Part shown: positions 1-10,900 of the stretch, piece after piece | Layout of the letters: each line of letters begins with the position of its first letter | How positions within the stretch are numbered: position 1 is the first letter of the stretch | Assembly (NCBI GenBank): GCA_018714345.1 | Contig: DVNO01000012.1 | Span: 1 to 56,877, forward strand | From: Candidatus Enterousia avicola | GTDB taxonomy: Bacteria; Pseudomonadota; Alphaproteobacteria; Rs-D84 | Reading direction: 5' to 3' | Length of the DNA: 56,877 nucleotides | Made by a program: the position numbers and the translations under genes | Notes under the pieces: generated by a model | What the model saw: only the letters and a program-made list of their open reading frames with translations | Told to the model about the DNA's origin: nothing | The model's database searches: none

Positions 1-1524
1 ACCTTTGTATGGGTTAGATTGAAATTCTGGATGAAACTGCCCTGCAATAAAGAACGGGTGGTCTTTTAATTCCACAATTTCTGGTAATCTGCCATCTGGG
101 CTACGTCCCGATATTATCATGCCTGCGTCTGCAAACCGTTTCTCCCACGAGATATCCATTTCATATCTATGACGATGACGTTCAGAAATTCGCGTTGTCC
201 CGTATATTTTATGTGCTAATGTATCAGGTGTTATCTCGCAAGGGTACGCCCCTAACCGTAAAGTACCGCCCATGTCCGCTGAATTATGGTCTGGCATAAT
301 ATTTATTATAGGCGTACAGTTCTTCGCAAACTCGGTTGAATCTGCATCAGAAATTCCTAGGACATTACGCGCAAATTCTATGACGGCAACCTGCATACCT
401 AAGCAAATTCCCATGTATGGGACTTTGTTTTCACGAGCGTAACCTGCCGCTGCAATCTTTCCTGCGACGCCGCGATTGCCAAACCCACCGGGCACTAAAA
501 TTCCATCTACATCAGACGCTTCGTCAGGGTCAAAGTGTTCAGCATTTATCTTCTTAATGTCTACATGTACATTGTTTTGAATACCTGCATGAAACAATGC
601 CTCATTCAAAGATTTATACGCATCTGGCACATCAAAATATTTACCAACTACACCTATTGTAACATGCGGTAAATCCGCAGATAGATAATGCTCTATCTTT
701 TGAAATTTATCCGTATTTCCTGCTGCATTTGGTAAATCAAAATGGTCCGCAATGATATCAAATACATGCTGGGCATCATATGCTAATGGAATTTTATAAA
801 TATTATCTAAATCAATCCCGCTGATTACATTTTTTGCTGGTAAGTTACAGAACATACCTATCTTTGCTCGCTCGTCAGCGGTCAGCATTCGTGGGCTGCG
901 AACTATTAACATATCTGCTTGAATTCCGTTCTCTAATAATTGTCGCACAGACATCTGTGTTGGCTTTGTCTTTAATTCCCCGCTTTTTTCCAAATACGGT
1001 GCCAAAGTCAAATGCACAAACATTACATTTTTCCGTCCTACGTCATTGGCAAACTGTCGAATAGATTCCAGAAATATTTTTCCTTCGATATCACCAACAG
1101 TACCACCTATTTCACATACAACAAAATCTGTATCGGTCGGGGCAGATATATACTCTTTTATCTTATTAGTGACATGCGGAATCATCTGAACGGTTGCCCC
1201 TAGATAATCACCATGTCTTTCAGCATTCAGAACATCCCAATAAATTCGTCCACCTGATACAGAATCATTCCTTGAAAGTTGTATGCCTAGAAATCTTTCG
1301 TAGTAACCTAAATCTAAATCTGTTTCAAAACCATCATTTGTGACGTAGACCTCGCCATGTTGAAATGGCGACATAGTCCCTGGATCTATATTTAAATACG
1401 GATCAAACTTTCGCGCGTGAACCGTATACCCCCTGGATTGAAGAAGGGCGCCACAACTTGCCGCCGCGACGCCCTTGCCTAAACTGGATACAACACCACC
1501 AGTAATAAAGATATATTTTGCCAT
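1..1524 (-). CDS. pyrG: CTP synthase (3' end outside window)
   Basis: Manual translation from the ATG at 1524 gives MAKYIFITGGVVSSLGKG...KFDPYLNIDPGTMSPFQHGEVYVTNDGFETDLDLG...EIGGTVGDIEG...GELKTKP. Absent from the ORF track because it runs off the window edge. Confidence 0.97.
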   Translation of the reverse strand, partial: MAKYIFITGGVVSSLGKGVAAASCGALLQSRGYTVHARKFDPYLNIDPGTMSPFQHGEVYVTNDGFETDLDLGYYERFLGIQLSRNDSVSGGRIYWDVLNAERHGDYLGATVQMIPHVTNKIKEYISAPTDTDFVVCEIGGTVGDIEGKIFLESIRQFANDVGRKNVMFVHLTLAPYLEKSGELKTKPTQMSVRQLLENGIQADMLIVRSPRMLTADERAKIGMFCNLPAKNVISGIDLDNIYKIPLAYDAQHVFDIIADHFDLPNAAGNTDKFQKIEHYLSADLPHVTIGVVGKYFDVPDAYKSLNEALFHAGIQNNVHVDIKKINAEHFDPDEASDVDGILVPGGFGNRGVAGKIAAAGYARENKVPYMGICLGMQVAVIEFARNVLGISDADSTEFAKNCTPIINIMPDHNSADMGGTLRLGAYPCEITPDTLAHKIYGTTRISERHRHRYEMDISWEKRFADAGMIISGRSPDGRLPEIVELKDHPFFIAGQFHPEFQSNPYKG

Positions 1525-1567
1525 AAGAAACGCCTCCTTATGGGCTTTAATCATACGAAATTTTTCA

Positions 1568-1597
1568 TTGCGGTGCAATTAAATAAATTCCTATAAT
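1568..1597 (+). promoter_or_regulatory. sigma70-type promoter for comEC (probably leaderless)
   Basis: TTGCGG-N18-TATAAT, ending 6 nt before the ATG at 1604, with no Shine-Dalgarno. Confidence 0.55.
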
Positions 1598-1603
1598 TTT
1601 CAT

Positions 1604-3541
1604 ATGCAAGAATTGTGGCAAAATCAATCGAATAACTTATTTTTATGGGTGCCTTTCTTAATGGCATTCGGTGCCGCACTATATTTTAACCTGTCTTTTG
1701 AGCCAAATTTTTTAATATGCATTGCTATTGGAATAATTTCCGTCGTATCGACGCTTTTTAAAATACCAAAAATAATAAAAGCTTTGGCTCTGTTTTGTTT
1801 CGGTTTTTGCTATGCAGCAATTTTTACACATATTATAGCCACACCACAAATACCGCACGAATTACATAATTTAAATATTGTTGGCACAGTCGAAAATATA
1901 GACTTCACAACTGATAAAACAAGAATTTACATAGAAACATCGTCAGAACAACTTGGTGCAGGAAGTGGGAAAGCAATTATCAGAGTATCTGCAAATTCTA
2001 ATATAATGCCGCCAAACATAGGCGATAAAATTAATGCCAATGTAGGGTTATTTCGCCCAAGTCCCGCGGATGCACCAGAAGCTTTCGATTATGCTCGTTG
2101 GGCATACTTCAATAATCTGACCGCAACAGGATATTTGACCGATTATGAAGTTATATCAGAAACTCATCACAGTAACATTTCAAACTTACGAAATTATTTA
2201 CATAAAAAAGCGAACTCTTTTCTTGTGGACACATTGATCCTTGGTTATAAAAATGCTGTACCAAAATCAGACGGTGAAATATGGACTGCGACAGGTGTCG
2301 GTCACGTTTGGTCTATTAGTGGCTTTCATATCACTTTGGTATCGGGTTGGCTATTCGCAATTTTTTATTTAATATTCAGGTCAATTCCACCCGTAACAAA
2401 ACGAATTCCAGCAAGAATTCCTGCATTAATTTGCGCATGGTTTGGATTGATGTTCTATCTATTTTTATCTGGGTGCGATGTTGCAACTATCCGAGCTTTC
2501 ATTATGGCAACATTGGTCTTTATGGCTTTTATATTCGGCAGAAACGTTATATCTATAAGAAATATTTGTGTTGCATTCTGCCTTATATTTATGCTCAACC
2601 CCCATTTTGTCATGCAACCAGGTTTTCAATTATCGTTTGCAGCGATATTCGGTCTGATTTGGTTATGGAATGAAGTCAAACCACGAATGCCACATAATAA
2701 AATCTTAAAGGTTATTTATACTGCTTCTTTAACATCAATTGTTGCAACAATCTTTACTGCCCCTTTCGTAATTGCACATTTTTACAGCCTGCCTATTTAT
2801 GGTCTAATCGGAAATTTAATACTGTTGCCAATCTTTTCTGTCGCAATTATGCCATTGGTGATGCTTGGAGTTTTTACGTCCGTATTCGGTTGGAATGCAC
2901 CAATAATTTTAGCAGATAAAATCTACGATTTTCTTTTAATAATCGGTAATAAGATATTTGAACTGCCATTTGCATCTATAACAATGCCTCATATTCCGAA
3001 TGCCGCCTTAACAATGATTATAATTGGCTTAATGTGTTTAATGTTTGTTCGCCCATTACGTGTAAAAATAAATTACATATTGTGTGCAGTTTTCATCTGT
3101 TCTGGCGTTCTTATTACTCTTGTTTATCCCAAACCTGTCTTCTATGCAACCAGTGATCATGAACTTGTCGCCTTTGTCGGAAACAATGGCACGTTAGAAT
3201 TCAGCAAATATCGTGCGTCTAATCACTATTTTACTTTTGATACGTGGAAGCAAATAAACAATGAAAAGGTAAATACCAAAAACATTCGCCGCAAACCAGC
3301 AGATGGAGTATGGATTTATAAAACGCCGCATTTCAATCTGGCATATATTCAAAAATTCGTACCACTGCAAAAGAATATCGTTGATTTATGCCGTGATGAA
3401 AGTATTGATTATATAGTTTCGTACTTTAATGTAAATTCACCAAGTTGTAATGATAAAATATTACATGGCAGTTTTGTAATTTATCCGTCTGGTAAAGTTA
3501 TTTATGTTCACCACAATCGTCCGTGGCATAATCCGCACTGA
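1604..3541 (+). CDS. comEC: ComEC/Rec2 DNA uptake channel protein
   Basis: Multi-TM protein with an OB-like region (FDYARWAYF), GVGHVWSISGFH (ComEC H-x-x-x-ISGxH), IRAFIM, NP..PGFQLSF and NLILLP. Confidence 0.92.
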   Translation: MQELWQNQSNNLFLWVPFLMAFGAALYFNLSFEPNFLICIAIGIISVVSTLFKIPKIIKALALFCFGFCYAAIFTHIIATPQIPHELHNLNIVGTVENIDFTTDKTRIYIETSSEQLGAGSGKAIIRVSANSNIMPPNIGDKINANVGLFRPSPADAPEAFDYARWAYFNNLTATGYLTDYEVISETHHSNISNLRNYLHKKANSFLVDTLILGYKNAVPKSDGEIWTATGVGHVWSISGFHITLVSGWLFAIFYLIFRSIPPVTKRIPARIPALICAWFGLMFYLFLSGCDVATIRAFIMATLVFMAFIFGRNVISIRNICVAFCLIFMLNPHFVMQPGFQLSFAAIFGLIWLWNEVKPRMPHNKILKVIYTASLTSIVATIFTAPFVIAHFYSLPIYGLIGNLILLPIFSVAIMPLVMLGVFTSVFGWNAPIILADKIYDFLLIIGNKIFELPFASITMPHIPNAALTMIIIGLMCLMFVRPLRVKINYILCAVFICSGVLITLVYPKPVFYATSDHELVAFVGNNGTLEFSKYRASNHYFTFDTWKQINNEKVNTKNIRRKPADGVWIYKTPHFNLAYIQKFVPLQKNIVDLCRDESIDYIVSYFNVNSPSCNDKILHGSFVIYPSGKVIYVHHNRPWHNPH

Positions 3542-4256
3542 CAAAAAACAAACCTGACGCTGGGGCAGTTGGACCTGCTGCACTACGATTTTTTGCTGCG
3601 AAAATTTCATCTATATCATATGGTTTTCCTAGTCCTATTTCCACCAAAGTTCCAACCATATTCCGTACCTGATGATGTAAAAAAGACCGCGCAGAAAATT
3701 CAAAAATTATATATTCCCCGCTACGCTTAATTGTACACGAATCAAGAGTTTTTATAGGGCTTTTTGCCTGGCATTCTGATGCACGAAAGCTGGTAAAATC
3801 ATGATGCCCGACTAATTTTTCTGCCGCACAACGCATGGCTGACATATTTAATTTTCTTGGCACCCACCAAACACGATTCTTTTCCAATACGGGGCGTGCA
3901 CCGCGATTTAATACTACATATCTGTAGTTACGACGCACGCAAGAAAATCTAGCATGAAAGTCATCTGGAACTATATCACAAGACAATACAGAAACAGGTG
4001 AATCAGATAGGTAGAAATTCATAGCCCGCATAACTGTTTCTGGATTTTTCTGTTCATCTAAGTCAAAATGCGCCACCATCGCAATCGCATGTACACCTGC
4101 ATCAGTACGCCCCGCTGCAACAATATCGGGCCGCGCACCACAGAACTTTTCAACCGCATCGCGCAATATAGATTGTACAGACGGGCCTTGGCGATTTTCC
4201 TGCCAGCCTATTAAATCTGTCCCATCGTATTCAACAGTTATTTTATATCGCGTCAT
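3498..4256 (-). CDS. truA: tRNA pseudouridine(38-40) synthase
   Basis: EYDGT, AGRTDAGVHA, FHARFS, GHHDFTSF, FLHHQVRNMVG and TAPASGL motifs. Confidence 0.97.
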   Translation of the reverse strand: MTRYKITVEYDGTDLIGWQENRQGPSVQSILRDAVEKFCGARPDIVAAGRTDAGVHAIAMVAHFDLDEQKNPETVMRAMNFYLSDSPVSVLSCDIVPDDFHARFSCVRRNYRYVVLNRGARPVLEKNRVWWVPRKLNMSAMRCAAEKLVGHHDFTSFRASECQAKSPIKTLDSCTIKRSGEYIIFEFSARSFLHHQVRNMVGTLVEIGLGKPYDIDEIFAAKNRSAAGPTAPASGLFFVSADYATDDCGEHK

Positions 4257-4469
4257 TTATCTGCCTAAGCACTTATTACATTTTATACGGCGACGTGCTT
4301 CCGTTGACAACGCTTTTATTTCAGCATATACATTACAAACATGACATTTGTCTCCAGAACAATTCATACACTGGCAATTCCCATAATCATTATACGTAGA
4401 TAAAACTATGCTTACACACCATAAGCCGCACATTTTTTTTCTTTCCGATTTATTATTAGCTGTTCCCAT
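4257..4469 (-). CDS. small Cys-rich hypothetical protein
   Basis: 70 aa with 9 Cys; AAGGA RBS upstream; stop codon abuts the truA ATG. Confidence 0.65.
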   Translation of the reverse strand: MGTANNKSERKKMCGLWCVSIVLSTYNDYGNCQCMNCSGDKCHVCNVYAEIKALSTEARRRIKCNKCLGR

Positions 4470-4487
4470 ATTTTAATCCTTTTTTAA

Positions 4488-4697
4488 TTAACGAGATTTT
4501 TGCTGGTTTCTATATTTTTTTGCATATTCAAAATGCTTACATGTATCATCAAAGTTTCGTCTTTGATCAAACATACCAAACAAAAAATATAAAAAAGCCC
4601 CTGTAAACTTATAGCAATTACCAGAAAAATCATCTGTGGCATTATAATATTTACAATACTTACACCATCTAGGCAAAGACTTTCGTTTTTTTGTCAT
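4488..4697 (-). CDS. small Cys-rich hypothetical protein (CxxC...C...C)
   Basis: Likely start MTKKRK at 4697, just after the fmt stop and preceded by AAGGGG; contains WCKYCKYY...GNC...DDTCKHFE. Confidence 0.65.
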   Translation of the reverse strand: MTKKRKSLPRWCKYCKYYNATDDFSGNCYKFTGAFLYFLFGMFDQRRNFDDTCKHFEYAKKYRNQQKSR

Positions 4698-4708
4698 TAA
4701 TATACCCC

Positions 4709-5515
4709 TTATTTTCCAAACTCTATGTCTACACCACGCAATCCATTTACAAAACTTTTCCAATCCATTGGTTTTTTCCCAGCTGGTTGAATCTTTAATA
4801 TCTTTAATTCACCATTTTCTATTCTGGTTCCTAATATCTTTACATCTATACCATTTATTTTTGTCCGACCTGCCCCCAGCGCACGAATCTGATTATGTAT
4901 TTCAATCGCTCCTCGTGACCAATCTATTATTTCATCATCACTGGTAAATTTATGTGTAAATGTCGGTTCACCGATTTGAGGCACCGCTTTATAAGCAGAC
5001 GGATTTGCTAAATATTCTGTCAGCATATCTGCGCCTATTTTTGACACAATCTTTTCAACGTCAGTATTTGTGTCATTTTCACCAATATCAAATTCACGAC
5101 GCATATAAACATCCCCAGCGTCCATTTCTGGCGTTATTTGCATTAAGCATACCGCGCTTTTTTTATCCCCATTAAAAATAGCTGTACGAATTGGTGATGG
5201 CCCACGATATTTTGGTAAATCACTGGGGTGAATATTTATACACGGTGCAGAATTCAAAACATTGTCACGCAATATTACGCCATAAGAAACAACTACAACC
5301 ATATCAGGTGAAAAGTTATAATCTTTTATATTTGTGTAAACAGGCAATTTATTTTCATCCGCCCAAACATGAACAGGCGATGGCGTTATAACCTGCTTTC
5401 TGCCAACTGGTTTCGGTGCGCGCGTAAATACGGCCACAATTTCATGACCTGCCTTTAATACTGCATCAAACATAGGGACAACAAAATCATTTGTTCCCAT
5501 TAAAACTATTTTCAT
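4709..5515 (-). CDS. fmt: methionyl-tRNA formyltransferase
   Basis: MKIVLMGT, PKPVGR, INIHPSDLPKYRGPSPI and MDAGD motifs; ATGA overlap with def. Confidence 0.96.
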   Translation of the reverse strand: MKIVLMGTNDFVVPMFDAVLKAGHEIVAVFTRAPKPVGRKQVITPSPVHVWADENKLPVYTNIKDYNFSPDMVVVVSYGVILRDNVLNSAPCINIHPSDLPKYRGPSPIRTAIFNGDKKSAVCLMQITPEMDAGDVYMRREFDIGENDTNTDVEKIVSKIGADMLTEYLANPSAYKAVPQIGEPTFTHKFTSDDEIIDWSRGAIEIHNQIRALGAGRTKINGIDVKILGTRIENGELKILKIQPAGKKPMDWKSFVNGLRGVDIEFGK

Positions 5516-6015
5516 TTTTTATGCTTCCTAACTTTACGCATTAACATTTCACGACGAACTGGCGATAAATAATCTATAAATAAAATTCCATCCAAATGGT
5601 CTGTTTCGTGCTGAACTATCCTTGCCGGCAATCCCGACATTTGTGCCTGCAAAAGCTTTCCGTTTTCATCCGTCCATTCTACTTCAACAGACTGAGGTCT
5701 GGTAACATTGGCATAAACAGGCAAATCATCTGGCCCAAGAACAGATAAACATCCCTCTTCCATTGTGCATACTTCACTGCTGCGCGTCAAAATCTTAGGG
5801 TTAATCATTTTAAAGACTTTTTCAGATTCAGGATCCATCATTACCAAATATCTTTTAAGCTGCCCAACCTGAGGTGCAGCCAAGCCAACGCCATTCTGGT
5901 CGCGCATCATACCAACCATTTCATCTAAAACATCTAATACGTCTGGGGTGATTTCCGTTATAGGTTCGCACTTTTCACGTAAAACCAAATCACCACAAAG
6001 TTTCATTTGCAACAT
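5512..6015 (-). CDS. def: peptide deformylase
   Basis: GVGLAAPQVG, EGCLS and QHETDHLDG motifs. Confidence 0.98.
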   Translation of the reverse strand: MLQMKLCGDLVLREKCEPITEITPDVLDVLDEMVGMMRDQNGVGLAAPQVGQLKRYLVMMDPESEKVFKMINPKILTRSSEVCTMEEGCLSVLGPDDLPVYANVTRPQSVEVEWTDENGKLLQAQMSGLPARIVQHETDHLDGILFIDYLSPVRREMLMRKVRKHKK

Positions 6016-6057
6016 CTATAAATCCTCTTATAATGGATTTTACCAAAGGATTCCAGA

Positions 6058-6939
6058 ATGACAACTTATATTTTCATATTACTATTTATCATAATTGCCT
6101 TGCTGTTTGCTATTCTGATGCGCAAACCTACGGTTGATATATCATCTTTACGCGAAGACAATGCAAGACTTCGAGAACGTTTGGCAGAGCGCCTGGGTGC
6201 ATTAACACAAAACGCCATTGAATTAAAAAATATAAGTAGTGATATCGCCAACTTCAAAAACATTTTGATGGGGAACAAACAGGCTCGTGGTACTTTTGGT
6301 GAACGCCAATTAGAGGATTTAGTTGCAGATATCATGCCCCCAGAAACTTATGCTTTCCAAAGCGTATTAGATACAGGTGTCAGACCAGATTGTATAATTC
6401 GCCTGCCGTATCCACCGGGTGACATGATTATCGACAGTAAATTCCCATTGGAAAGCTATAACCGCATGATGTCCAATAATTCTGACGACGGTGCCAAAAA
6501 GCAGTTTGAACTGGATGTGCGCAAGCATATAGACGCAATTGCAGAAAAGTACATCATTCCAGGGAAAACAGCGGAATCAGCAATGATGTTCATAACATCA
6601 GAGTCTATTTTTGAAACTTTACACCGCGATTTTCCTGGCGCGATAGAATATGCAAACCGTAGGAAAGTATTTATAGTATCTCCATCAACTTTATGGGCTA
6701 CTTTAAACACAATCAGAGCAGTATTGTCAGATATAAAAATTAAACGCGTGGCCGATAAAATTAAACGAGAACTGGACTATCTTTTAACAGACCTATCACG
6801 TTTAGCAGACCGTGCCAGCAAAGTTCAGCAGCACTTTTCACAGGCAACCGTTGATATAGAACAATTACAGACCTCCATAGGGAAAATAACACCACGTGCA
6901 GAAAAGCTTAAAGAAATGGACTTTGGCGAAGATGATTAA
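6058..6939 (+). CDS. rmuC: DNA recombination protein RmuC
   Basis: N-terminal TM, RGTFGE, RPD..LP, IDSKFP, KYI.PG.T and VSPSTL motifs. Confidence 0.93.
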   Translation: MTTYIFILLFIIIALLFAILMRKPTVDISSLREDNARLRERLAERLGALTQNAIELKNISSDIANFKNILMGNKQARGTFGERQLEDLVADIMPPETYAFQSVLDTGVRPDCIIRLPYPPGDMIIDSKFPLESYNRMMSNNSDDGAKKQFELDVRKHIDAIAEKYIIPGKTAESAMMFITSESIFETLHRDFPGAIEYANRRKVFIVSPSTLWATLNTIRAVLSDIKIKRVADKIKRELDYLLTDLSRLADRASKVQQHFSQATVDIEQLQTSIGKITPRAEKLKEMDFGEDD

Positions 6940-6964
6940 AAACGGGGAACTATTTCCCCGTTTT
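6938..6964. terminator. bidirectional intrinsic terminator
   Basis: AAAACGGGGAA-CTAT-TTCCCCGTTTT between convergent genes. Confidence 0.8.
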
Positions 6965-7195
6965 CTTTTTCAATATCTTTTTTTGCAGTTCTAAAATTTG
7001 ATTTTCTCGATTTTTTATCGTTTCTATCAACCGATTATTTTCTAAACGTAATTTTTCTAAATCTTTCCTGTTTAAAATAATTTCATTGGATAAACGACGG
7101 TTTTTCTTACTTGTAAACATTAGCATTATTAAAGCGCCCAAGACAGCACCAGCTACACCAACCGTCAAATCATACAAAACATCTGTTATAACCAT
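6950..7195 (-). CDS. small membrane-anchored coiled-coil hypothetical protein
   Basis: One TM followed by a heptad-like tail; extended -10 TGtTATGAT 6 nt upstream. Confidence 0.7.
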   Translation of the reverse strand: MVITDVLYDLTVGVAGAVLGALIMLMFTSKKNRRLSNEIILNRKDLEKLRLENNRLIETIKNRENQILELQKKILKKKTGK

Positions 7196-7228
7196 AAGAC
7201 AATCATAACAGATGCATATTTTTTTTCA

Positions 7229-7831
7229 CTAGGCAGATTTTCTTAACCCCGTTTTTCTGTCTACCCATACCTGCTCATTAGCAATTTCCATTATCGGCAT
7301 ATCACTTTTACTGTCTGAGTACGCACGAACAACATTTGGGATAATTTTGTTTTCCTTTGCCCATTCATCCATAGCAATGACCTTGTTCGCCCCCCAGCAC
7401 AAAAAATCATACTTCCACGGCTTATCTTTTTCCATACGAGAACACAACACAACATCAAATTTCATATCTTTTACTAACTGCGGAACCAAATAATCCGTAC
7501 TTGCAGAAACCAATATTACCTTTCTGCCTTCCGCTTTTTCTTTTGCGACTTGTTCTTTTGCCCAACCAAAACGTTCTTTTTTATGCTGTTTTATAAATTC
7601 TGGCGCAAATCTTTTAACCATTTCTGGTGTCATAAATCGCCGCATCCACTGACGCCACCAAATACCCTCTGGCTTTACCATTCTGCCTATTGCAGCAACC
7701 CCAATCATAGGTAAAAATAGCCATGGTCTGAAAGATTTTTTAAAGCAATATTTTGCAAATTCTACATTTGAATCGTACGCTGATAATGTTCCATCAAAGT
7801 CGAAAACTACAATATCTTGTTTTCTTAACAT
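7229..7831 (-). CDS. HAD-superfamily (IB) phosphatase
   Basis: FDFDGTL, VSAS, conserved K and YSDSKSD motifs. Confidence 0.88.
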   Translation of the reverse strand: MLRKQDIVVFDFDGTLSAYDSNVEFAKYCFKKSFRPWLFLPMIGVAAIGRMVKPEGIWWRQWMRRFMTPEMVKRFAPEFIKQHKKERFGWAKEQVAKEKAEGRKVILVSASTDYLVPQLVKDMKFDVVLCSRMEKDKPWKYDFLCWGANKVIAMDEWAKENKIIPNVVRAYSDSKSDMPIMEIANEQVWVDRKTGLRKSA

Positions 7832-7886
7832 CTATATTCCTTTATTAAAATTCTGGTGAATTATAACAAGCTTTTTTCTGGTTTGC

Positions 7887-7916
7887 AAAAAAAATGGGGG
7901 TGCTTCCCCCATTTTT
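7887..7916 (-). terminator. intrinsic terminator of the efflux operon
   Basis: AAAAAATGGGGG-TGCTT-CCCCCATTTTT. Confidence 0.8.
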
Positions 7917-10900
7917 TAATGTAGTAACTTTTTTACCTTTTCTTTGCCACGCTCAACCAAGAAGAACAGAGCTGGCGTTAGTACAAATGTAAATACCAAG
8001 CTGGCGAACATACCACCTATCATAACGGCGGCCATCGCAACTTTCATACCATCCGTACTCCATAACTGTGGAACCATACCAGCCATAACAGCAATAGATG
8101 TCATAAGCACCATGGACTGTTTACTTTTTAGTTCTGTCCATAAGGCTTCATACGGGCGTTCCCCCTGTGAAACCCTGACGATTGTTGGTTCCAGCACCAA
8201 AATGTTGTTGTTTACAACCAAGCCAACCAACATAACAAATGCAAGCATAGCCCCAACATTCATAGACGCACCAGATAAGAATAACAATATAAATACCCCT
8301 GTAAAGCTACTGATTATGGATGTAGCAATAGTAAATGGATGTGCCAATGAATTCAGTATCGCCGCCAGCAACATGTAAGTCAAAATTACTGCCAGCAAAA
8401 ATGCGTTACCAATTTCTGTTGTGGTTTCTTCTTGAATTTCTGACATACCACCGAACTCTGTTCCGTAACCAGATTCCCAATCTATTTTAGCTAATGCCGC
8501 TTCTATCTTTTTCTGAACAGGTCCCATGGTAGATTTACCAATGTTTATATCTATTTCTGTGATTCTGTTCTTGTCTATACGGCTAATATCAGGAGTTGCA
8601 GGAACAACTTGAATGCTGCCCAGCTCTGACAATGGAACCATACCTTTTTGAGAATTTACAAACAAATTTTCAAACATACCCTTTGTTTTAAACGGTTCGG
8701 CAAACTCCAAAATAATAGGATATTCTTCACCGTTTTCTTTATATTTATAATCGTCATTACCATATAATGCAGTACGCAACGTCATACCTGCATAAGAATT
8801 GTTTATTCCCCAGAAATTCATCTTTTCTTGATCCGGAACAAACTGTGTTTCATAACCTGGCTTTTGCTGAGCTAAAACAGCACTTTGCACCTCTGGAATA
8901 TCATTTATCATATCCAAAATTTGATTTGCATATGCTGTACGTTTTTCATCGTCCGCACCAAATACATTTAATACTATATCAGCTGACACCGCACCACTAG
9001 ATATGGCCTGACCTGCACGCACCTGTAACTCAACGTCTGGTATCTCAGATAAAACAGGCAATATTTGACGCGCCAATTCTTTATCAGAAACACTACGTTC
9101 AGATACATCCTTCAATGTCAATTTTATCGCCATATTTTGTAAACCACGATCACCAATTTTTACTGATACTGCGGTTACGTCATCAAAGTCTTTTAATTTT
9201 TCCTCTATCTGTTTGGCAATCTCAGCAGACTTTTCATACGTTGCCCCCATTGGTGCACGTGCCGTTATATTGATTTCATTTGCATCCGTAGACGGCGCAA
9301 ATTCATTTCCAACAAATTTCATCAACATAGCTGATGCAATTAATGCCACAATTGCCATTATTACAACGCGCCCTGAATGAACATATTGATAGTCAAACCA
9401 TCTGCGTAACCAAGATTTGTCCTTAGCTTTTTTATTTTCTGATTTTTCTGCGACAACAGTTGCACTAACGGTTTTAACATTTTGCATCTTTTTTGACGTT
9501 TTACCCTGCGTTAAACGCAAGAATTTCGCTATCATCATCGGTGTCAACGTAAACGAGAACAACAACGATAATAACGTTAAATACACCACCGTTAAACCAA
9601 ATTGATTCATAAATTGACCTGCAATACCGCTCATAAACGCCAAAGGCAAGAACACAACGACATTAGTTCCAACACCTGCTAAAACGGACACTGCAACTTT
9701 CTTTGTTCCATCAATGGCCGCACTTTCTGGGTCTTTGCCTGCGCGCATTTCCTGCAATGCAGACTCAATCAAAATAATTGCATTCGACACCAACGTCCCC
9801 AAGGCAGAAGAATATGCCAACAAGGTCATAGCGTTTATAGTAAAGTTACTAGCGTCCATAAAGAAGAAACCAGCAATCAATGACGCAGGAATAACAATGC
9901 CCGCGATAATTGTAGAACGCCAATTTCGTGTAAACACCAACAACACTAAAACAGTAAACAGTACACCAAGAACTATTCCCCAAATTGTGCTGTATGTATC
10001 ATCTGCAACAGCAATTGAAGAGTCTGAAATTATTTCCATTGTCGCATCTGGGAAACGTTCTTGCAGACTTGCTTGCAACTCAGGCATTTTTTCGCGCAAA
10101 TCTTTCGACACGTTTACCGCATTACCGTCTGATGCTTTTACAACAGATGCGATAATAACGTCTTTGCCGTTATAACGTGCACCATTTTCTATATCACGTG
10201 CAGAATCTGTTATTGTGGCAATATCTTTTAATTTAAATTTTTGTCCCTCGACCGTAGTTAACTGCAAATTTGCAATTTCATCAACACTACTAAACTCACC
10301 AATAAATCTGACATTCGAAGAATCCGTACCAAACTCTATCTTTCCACCAGGTACATTTAAATTTCTTGCCCCCAATGCAGAAACAACATCCATAACAGTT
10401 GCACCACGTGCAGCTAATAATTCCGGATTCATTTCAATTCTTATTGCGCGCGTCTCGCCACCAAATACAGTCACACTTGCAACGCCAGATATTCCCGTTA
10501 TCTGATTAGACAACGTATCATCTACATATTCTTGTAAATCACGTAAGTTGGAACCACTAACTGCTATATCTACTACAGACTCTTCTAGTGGGTTTAGTTT
10601 TTCAACAATTGGTTGTTCCATAGCTTCTGGGAACTCGGAAATCAAAGAGTCTAATTTAGTTTTTACCTCAGTAGCCTTATCATTTACGTCCACGCCTAAG
10701 TTAAATTCCGCCATTACAAAACCACCGTTTTCAAAGGCTTGCGATGTTAATTTCTTTAACTCTGATACCTCTGACATTGCGTCTTCTGCACGCTTTATAA
10801 CCTGAGATTCTATTTCAGATGATGCCGCCCCAGGATAAATAAAGGTCGCCGTAACCATTGGGAAATCAACCGACGGAGTCCGCTCTATATTCATTTTTGG

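Noticed and set aside
7944-10805. Numerous antisense ORFs inside the RND gene (likewise in gyrA, valS, ppdK and the Cys-rich genes)
   Set aside because: Shadow frames of real genes with no RBS or recognisable motifs
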